A stretch of DNA of 64,000 nucleotides from an uncultured bacterium (GTDB taxonomy: Bacteria > Oederibacteriota > JAAXVQ01 > JAUVAV01). How positions within the stretch are numbered: the first letter of the stretch is position 1; each line of letters begins with the position of its first letter. Shown here in pieces: positions 59,101 through 64,000 of this stretch. The stretch covers positions 128,001-192,000 of the forward strand of contig CAVQBK010000013.1 in assembly GCA_963710755.1 (NCBI GenBank), written 5' to 3'. The position numbers were made by a program, and so were the translations under genes. The notes beneath the pieces were generated by a model. The model did no database searches. It was given only the letters and a program-made list of their open reading frames with translations, and was not told where the DNA came from.

Positions 59101-60590
59101 TAATCGGAATCAGCATTAAAGGTCACATCCAATTGGCGCAAGCCGTTGAACAGCGAATTGGTTACGTTATGAATGTCCGACGTATTGGGTAACGTGGTGG
59201 TGGTAAAGTTGTCATTGCCATCAGTCCTGATATTCCAGTACAAGTCCGTGGCATAGATGGTAACGGAAAAAGCGTTGCCTTGCTGTTGAGTCAAGGGTGT
59301 CCCATTGTACCCTACGCCTGCAAAATAAGTATTGCCGCTCGAATCGGCACCAGGACGGTAACTGAGGCCCGGCACAGTGGCAAACATGGTCCTGTAGGTG
59401 TTGGGATTAACGGTCATACCCACAGTCTGGCCGATATGACCGGTATGGCTGGTGGGCGTATCTGTGGCAATATCGGAGACAAACAAAGATGCTGTCGAGG
59501 GGGTGGTGGTCGCCCGGTAAATCCTGACATTCAAATTAGCAACGCCGGAAGTAAAGGCAGCTCCAGGCACTAACCAATTGGCAGTGGATGAGCTTGAGGT
59601 ATAATTGGAAGTGGCCCCATTGATCTGGATGACGCTCTGAGTCGGGCCAAAATAATCAAGGGGCGGGCAGGTCACGTATACCGTGTTGCTATAAGATTGT
59701 ACGTCATTTTCATATTGGTCCTTGGCTCGTATGGACATGGTGAATTGGTTACCAGCCGTCTGGGTAGCCCCGGCGCTCACTGTTAAATGGTCAAAAGTGG
59801 TATTCAGTACCGTAAACTGACCTGAGGCTTGATCAAAAGGCGGATTGCCGGAAGGCATATGGATATTTTGGTTGGACGTGGCCACGGTCAGCGTAATTTG
59901 CGCTATTCCCTGTCCAGTGCTGATAACAATGGGATCTGGATTGCTGCTGGCCAGGGCATCAGTCACATCGAGATGGCTGGCTGGATTCCAATCCAAATTT
60001 GCGCTTTGATTGACCTGGTTACCGTAGACATCGGTGATATACACATTGATGGTGACCGGGCTACCGGCGGTCACGTTGTTGGGCGTTCCTGTTCTGCCCC
60101 AAGTCCCGCTATGCCGCTCACCAGGCGTGTAAGTCTGGCCGGGCATGACCGTCAAATACCAGAAGGCGCTGCTGGTTACGACATCAAAGTTTGTCGACAC
60201 CGCATCCGTTACACCGACGCTGCTGTTACTGATAGTCACCGTATAATTGCTGGCTGCTTTTTTAATGTTCAAATTCCCTGTAAACACACCGTTGCTGAAA
60301 GCCGCTGAATTAAAGGTTGGTGATACAGACCATGATTCGTAAGTGCTGGACAAGGTGGTAGCACCGTATTTAATGGTCATGGTGGTTGTTCCGGGGATGC
60401 TGGTCACAGTGTTGCCGGCAGCGTCAACCCCAACAATGGCAAGGGTGATATTGGAACCAGCGGTATAGCTGGAAGTAAAATTGTTTCTAAATTCAAAATG
60501 ATCAAGTGTGGCAGCTTGGCTTAATACCCCCATGCCAAGTCCCATGAGCACAATCCCAAACACCATCAAGAGTCGTTTAAACCTTTTCAT
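56148..60590 (-). CDS. Large secreted Ig-like-repeat protein with Pro/Thr linker and FlgD-Ig/T9SS-like C-terminal domain
   Basis: Signal peptide; repeated AG...D.[YF][GW]N units; TPTPTLTATPTP linker; IKVYTLQGKLI...WDGR...VPSGIYIV C-terminus. Confidence 0.85.
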   Translation of the reverse strand: MKRFKRLLMVFGIVLMGLGMGVLSQAATLDHFEFRNNFTSSYTAGSNITLAIVGVDAAGNTVTSIPGTTTMTIKYGATTLSSTYESWSVSPTFNSAAFSNGVFTGNLNIKKAASNYTVTISNSSVGVTDAVSTNFDVVTSSAFWYLTVMPGQTYTPGERHSGTWGRTGTPNNVTAGSPVTINVYITDVYGNQVNQSANLDWNPASHLDVTDALASSNPDPIVISTGQGIAQITLTVATSNQNIHMPSGNPPFDQASGQFTVLNTTFDHLTVSAGATQTAGNQFTMSIRAKDQYENDVQSYSNTVYVTCPPLDYFGPTQSVIQINGATSNYTSSSSTANWLVPGAAFTSGVANLNVRIYRATTTPSTASLFVSDIATDTPTSHTGHIGQTVGMTVNPNTYRTMFATVPGLSYRPGADSSGNTYFAGVGYNGTPLTQQQGNAFSVTIYATDLYWNIRTDGNDNFTTTTLPNTSDIHNVTNSLFNGLRQLDVTFNADSDYSITIDNPAPGVNTYVTPYTITTFSMDHFDLELVSGGAWPSQWVAGVPVNVSITAWSDGTHVATTFNGAADLSCTLDHSPTMKVIRPTSITFTNGVWNGQVTVFRANRTPTENNNITVSLGATQNNSATIRICHNVPTKMLIVEEGGMERYNGLNPDIDPTGALSVQGQPAEQTAGAPISQIDFYLCDDYWNTVTTPAQDANAAVTITCSDPFPAQILGVGQFSGGTLSVNLSNGVYQANNSFVLYKVNGSTGQQIGVNLGGYTTYVLGTNKNAVPVKHAAANLDIVSPYDSRTRRFNFIINTSQAAFSSGAAKAGVPFAVTVAAVDCYGNTLNSLNGGAAFGTYTSVNLSANTDISNKSMWPTKLGTLDATKWTEGISYPWIYVYKKVTGGGEFLTAAYDFGAGGRTGVSQNFNVLNNSFARVVAYTTGMSIPDDMGAGGTYVDPTGALYSSTPPPASVNVFNNFGSPSAETAGIHASALRAYTCDIYGNIVKGTPSFNVTLDTSDPFSPPPANKQVDNINGYADFTNTFRFHTHGTQTITFSPTTVTATDGTTPNITVNPGAYYGLQILVPGLTAVEGSGNSGLAIGAVQGLPANSWYSGVSGPTSTTYEGNIEVEGIYFPVTVQAVDLFGNFVGSSAPTNSIELRSDDPNSEAEPNSGAFLNSTLAGGRAWFSAQLRSNGLRTLRPYDLTNGSIIDGAESLTVAYLRISQTGLFHYELVIDGIRVSDNQTVLVEAHPNTFNVRVEIVHDTLNQIININRLFALDVYSSLSPLTPATGTLYINTGQTINGVCTIPNETYNLGGTIYIRARDLDAGDPNPVAQGYSPRIDVNGPMATPTPTLTATPTPTATTGTPEATLTPTPTSTPTATCTLIPTSTPTSVVHTDRETPVKAYNNKINPTRNDQPAIISFYCENQGLVDIKVYTLQGKLIAELVKERVYTAGMHETTWDGRTAQGEIVPSGIYIVLVKTPNVTKYVRVAVIK

Positions 60591-60706
60591 TGCTTCCTCC
60601 CTCTGTCCTCATTCTTTTTAAATGCCCTATTTTACTTATAGCCGGCAGATGCCGCTCCTACCGGGGTAGATTTAAAAACTTCGGCTTGCGGCAACTGGTC
60701 TGAGCT

Positions 60707-61562
60707 CTAAAAATAGTAGGTCAAATAAACTTTCCCCTCAGTCCAAGTGGCAATGTCATTGGCATCCTGTTCGCGATAATTGTATCCCAGATCCAAACCC
60801 AGTCCCCAACGGGACTGGAGCAACCATTCAGCGCCGATAAACCCACCGATGGTGGCGTTTAATTGACGGCTGTCTCCCAGGTCCACCTGTACCGAAAGCC
60901 CGGGGTAAATAAACAGTTGTGAAGGTTTCGGTCGTATGACCGGCATTAATTGTATCCGCATACCCGCAGCTAGTCCTGAGGGCGACTTTTCCAAATCCAA
61001 TTCCGTCATCAACCGTTCCTGATTGCCAAAACTATAACGGCAATGAACACCCCAGGTATGAAGCCCTATACCCCAGCGGCGGAACCCCGCTGGTATCTTC
61101 TTTTTCCTGCTTGGTTGTCCGGGATATTAAGTCGTCAAGTTCGGATAATGGTCCAACAGCCTTCTTTACTTCGCTCATATTTTTTATTTTTTGATTTCCT
61201 ATATAAGGCGGTTCTTGTAATTTGATTTCCACACGCTTCACCACATGGCTTTGATCAGCATATTTTTCCAAAATGATCGTAAAATATCGGCGTGCCTTTT
61301 TTGCTTCCCCTTTTTTATCCATGATCATACCCATGTGATAATTGGCCACTGCTGCAATATCATGTATATCTACATAAGTTTTTGCCAAATCGTTATATAT
61401 AGTGAAGGCCAATTCCAAATTGCCGGTACCCATTTCCTGAAACAGGCCCTCCTGGTACAGACGCAGGGCTTTGCTCCGCCGGCCCTCACTGGCCTCCATG
61501 GCATACAGACTGTTCATAAGCGTCATTGCCGTTATTATCACCACCAGCATTCCCCTGAACAT
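60707..61562 (-). pseudogene. Exported TPR + beta-barrel protein split by one frameshift
   Basis: ORF 61032..61562 (signal, TPR-like) joins ORF 60707..61012 (ends YLTYYF) through a 1-nt shift near 61075-61125; the shifted frame reads FRRWGIGLHTWGVHCRYSFG. Confidence 0.65.
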
Positions 61563-61620
61563 GGATTCAGCTCCTATAGGATTAGTATAGATAAATTCAT
61601 TTTTTTTGATTCACTATTAA

Positions 61621-61646
61621 GTCAAACATTTGTCAAATATTTGTCA
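61621..61646. promoter_or_regulatory. Three GTCA half-sites at 11-bp period (OmpR/PhoB-type box)
   Basis: GTCAAACATTT-GTCAAATATTT-GTCA between the regulator and its downstream gene. Confidence 0.6.
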
Positions 61647-61675
61647 TCATGAACACGTGCGTCCTGGCCTTGGCT

Positions 61676-62362
61676 TCAATCCACAAAACGATAACCTTTC
61701 CCATGTACGGTGAGCAGATGTTTGGGCTCATCTGGTTTTTTCTCAATTTTCTGGCGCAACTTTAAAATGTAATTGTCCAAAGAACGGGACACCGGCATTT
61801 GTTCCAAATCATATCCCCAGACGTCTTGAAAAAGTTGCTCCCGGCTGATCACTTTTCCGCGATGGCTCAAGAGATAGCGCAACAACTCCAGCTCGCGTAC
61901 GGAAAACTCCAAAGGGCGATTGTATTTTAAGGCGGTCATGGCTTCGAAGTCAAATTGAAGTGATCCCAGTGTATACCTGGTAATTAAGGATGGGCGCTGT
62001 TGGGCATTTTTCAGACGTACTTTAATACGGGCTATCAACTCTTTGACCCCAAACGGTTTGGTGACGTAATCGTCAGCGCCGTATTCAAACCCTTTGATTT
62101 TATCTACTTCCTGACTCTTGGCGGTGAGGATAATAACCGGCACATATTTATTCTCTTTTCTTAAGCGCTTTAGTATGTCGTAGCCGTTTAAACGGGGCAG
62201 CATCAAATCGAGCACCAACAGATCATAGGGTTCTTCCAGTGCATATTTCAACCCTTGTTCCCCATTTCGCGCCGAAAGCACATAGTAACCCGCCTGTTCC
62301 AACGCATCCTCCAACGCCACTAAAATGGGCATCTCATCCTCAATGATTAGAATGGTTTCCAT
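61676..62362 (-). CDS. OmpR/PhoB-family response regulator
   Basis: IIEDE, LDLMLP, ILTA, GADDYVTKPF, winged-helix TVHGKGYRF. Confidence 0.95.
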   Translation of the reverse strand: METILIIEDEMPILVALEDALEQAGYYVLSARNGEQGLKYALEEPYDLLVLDLMLPRLNGYDILKRLRKENKYVPVIILTAKSQEVDKIKGFEYGADDYVTKPFGVKELIARIKVRLKNAQQRPSLITRYTLGSLQFDFEAMTALKYNRPLEFSVRELELLRYLLSHRGKVISREQLFQDVWGYDLEQMPVSRSLDNYILKLRQKIEKKPDEPKHLLTVHGKGYRFVD

Positions 62363-62378
62363 CTTATTCCCTCCTGTC

Positions 62379-64000
62379 TCATAACTTTGGTCCCTCCAGA
62401 GACGGCAACGCCACCTCCACGGTCGTGCCGCGGTGCAAGCGGCTGGTTATTTTAATATGCCCATGATGAGCCTTAACGATATCTTTGACGATGGCCAATC
62501 CCAGTCCCACGCCCTTAAATTTTTCTTCATAAGTTCGCTTGGCTTGATAAAATTTTCTGAACACCTTGCGCACTTCGGCCTTGGTCATGCCCACCCCTTG
62601 GTCTTCCACAGCCACGATGACTTTGCCTTTATCCAATCGCGAGCCGAGCCGTATCTGGCGTTCTTCTTTGGAATATTTTCTGGCGTTGTCCAACAAATTG
62701 AGGATGACCCTGATCATGGCATCACGGTCCACATTAGCCAAAGCCTGCGACTCCAACTGTACAAGCAATTCCATCGGTTGATCCTGGTGATTTCCGTTAA
62801 ATATTTGAACTGCTTCCCGGATGACATCGTCAAGAAGGTAGGGATCAAGCCGGTAATTGAGCTTCTTTTTTTCGATGCGGGTAATATCGAGCAGATTTTC
62901 CACCAAGCGGGCCAGACGCATGGATTCTTCCTGCATGAAATTGCAATATTGCTCTATCTTTTGCCGGGGCAGCCGGGCATGATCCTGCATCAATTCTGAA
63001 AAGGCCCGCAAAGATGTTAAAGGCGTTCTGAGTTCGTGGGAGACTTGAGAAACAAATTCGGTCTTCAACTCGGACAATTTGATTTGATTATCCACCACGA
63101 TGAAAAGCATGCCCACAATGATGGCCAGGCAAAAGAAGGCAATGATATAAACGTGCTTCAAATGCACCAGTTCATGGCGCAGCGCTTGTTGCCAATCATT
63201 CTTCGGGGCCAACCGAATCTTCAGCCCCGGCAATTCCTTGGTAACTGCAAATTGTAATTCCGAGTGTTTTTTAGTTGCGAACGGTCGAAGGATTTCATCG
63301 CCATAGATGAGTCCTGCCTCCAAATGCTCTTTTTGGATATCCTCTATGGTCTTGCCCAGTGCTCGTTGAATAAATAGGTAAAAATCAATTTCCAAGATGA
63401 GAAAGGCCTCAGCATGGGGAATAATGAGCAGCACTCTTCTTTTCCGGTCAGATCGTTCCAAATGATAAAAATGATAGGGCGCCGTGTAATAGCGGCCTTC
63501 CAGATAAGGGATAACCTTTTTCTGTAACAGGGCCACGTATTGCTTGTCCGCGTTGATGACTCTTTCTTTTCTCTCGATAGCAAGATAACGGCGTCTGATC
63601 TGGCGGCTGTTTATGGAGAGATGGTTGAAGGACTTTTTGATCTTATCCATAAAAAATTGTTGTTTCAAATCGGTCAGGGTCCATTTGGAATTGAGTAAAT
63701 CCTGCATCATGTTTAGGGAGGCGTTGGCCGCATTGGCCGGTTGGTTCATGGCCTCGTAGATGGTGACAATTTGTAAGCCGGCGGCCAACCCAAGAGGAAT
63801 TTCCTGGCTTAATTTTGTTTGAGGATTTTGCATATAGATCTGCCGGTATAATTTCAAAGCCCGTTCATAATTACCTTGTTTAAAGAGACAACGCGCCAGG
63901 GCGTTGGCCGCATAGACATCATCGGGATTTTCCAGCCACAATTTTTCATAAATGGCCACCGCCCCCGCGAAATCCTGGTCGCGATATTCCATGATTTCGG
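62379..64000 (-). CDS. Sensor histidine kinase with TPR-like sensor region (5' end probably outside window)
   Basis: SHELRTPLT, NLLDNARKY, EDQGVG, GVGLGL; one TM before HisKA; frame open to the window edge. Confidence 0.92.
   Translation of the reverse strand, partial: EIMEYRDQDFAGAVAIYEKLWLENPDDVYAANALARCLFKQGNYERALKLYRQIYMQNPQTKLSQEIPLGLAAGLQIVTIYEAMNQPANAANASLNMMQDLLNSKWTLTDLKQQFFMDKIKKSFNHLSINSRQIRRRYLAIERKERVINADKQYVALLQKKVIPYLEGRYYTAPYHFYHLERSDRKRRVLLIIPHAEAFLILEIDFYLFIQRALGKTIEDIQKEHLEAGLIYGDEILRPFATKKHSELQFAVTKELPGLKIRLAPKNDWQQALRHELVHLKHVYIIAFFCLAIIVGMLFIVVDNQIKLSELKTEFVSQVSHELRTPLTSLRAFSELMQDHARLPRQKIEQYCNFMQEESMRLARLVENLLDITRIEKKKLNYRLDPYLLDDVIREAVQIFNGNHQDQPMELLVQLESQALANVDRDAMIRVILNLLDNARKYSKEERQIRLGSRLDKGKVIVAVEDQGVGMTKAEVRKVFRKFYQAKRTYEEKFKGVGLGLAIVKDIVKAHHGHIKITSRLHRGTTVEVALPSLEGPKL

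Overview
Bacterial chromosomal window from a diderm organism (beta-barrel proteins, PorV-like gene). It is gene-dense and mostly minus-strand; I found no rRNA, tRNA, CRISPR array or transposase. Recognisable genes: a V/A-type ATPase operon in the order B-D-I-K-E-DUF2764-A followed by a GH1 glucosidase and a GT2 transferase, marR-ablB-ablA (N-epsilon-acetyl-beta-lysine), rtcB-archease, leuA, asnS, tag, a PorV-like barrel with an Ig-repeat cargo protein, and an OmpR-type two-component pair. The most striking content is three paralogous giant proteins (about 1480, 2210 and 2643 aa). They share a signal peptide and a 370-470 aa N-terminal domain with QDLH / GxEG / GAEY / GG[YF]H / NPYF motifs, then carry unrelated membrane-punctuated payloads (one HD-GYP domain, two pairs of internal repeats) and end in Arg-rich tails. 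I infer a modular exported-effector or polyprotein family. Other notable items: two tandem tail-fibre-like secreted genes with many frameshifts, an internally duplicated kinase-like gene behind rtcB-archease, a candidate leuA leader peptide, REP-like palindromes and an 11-bp-period OmpR-type box. All family assignments come from motifs read by eye; no database search was run.
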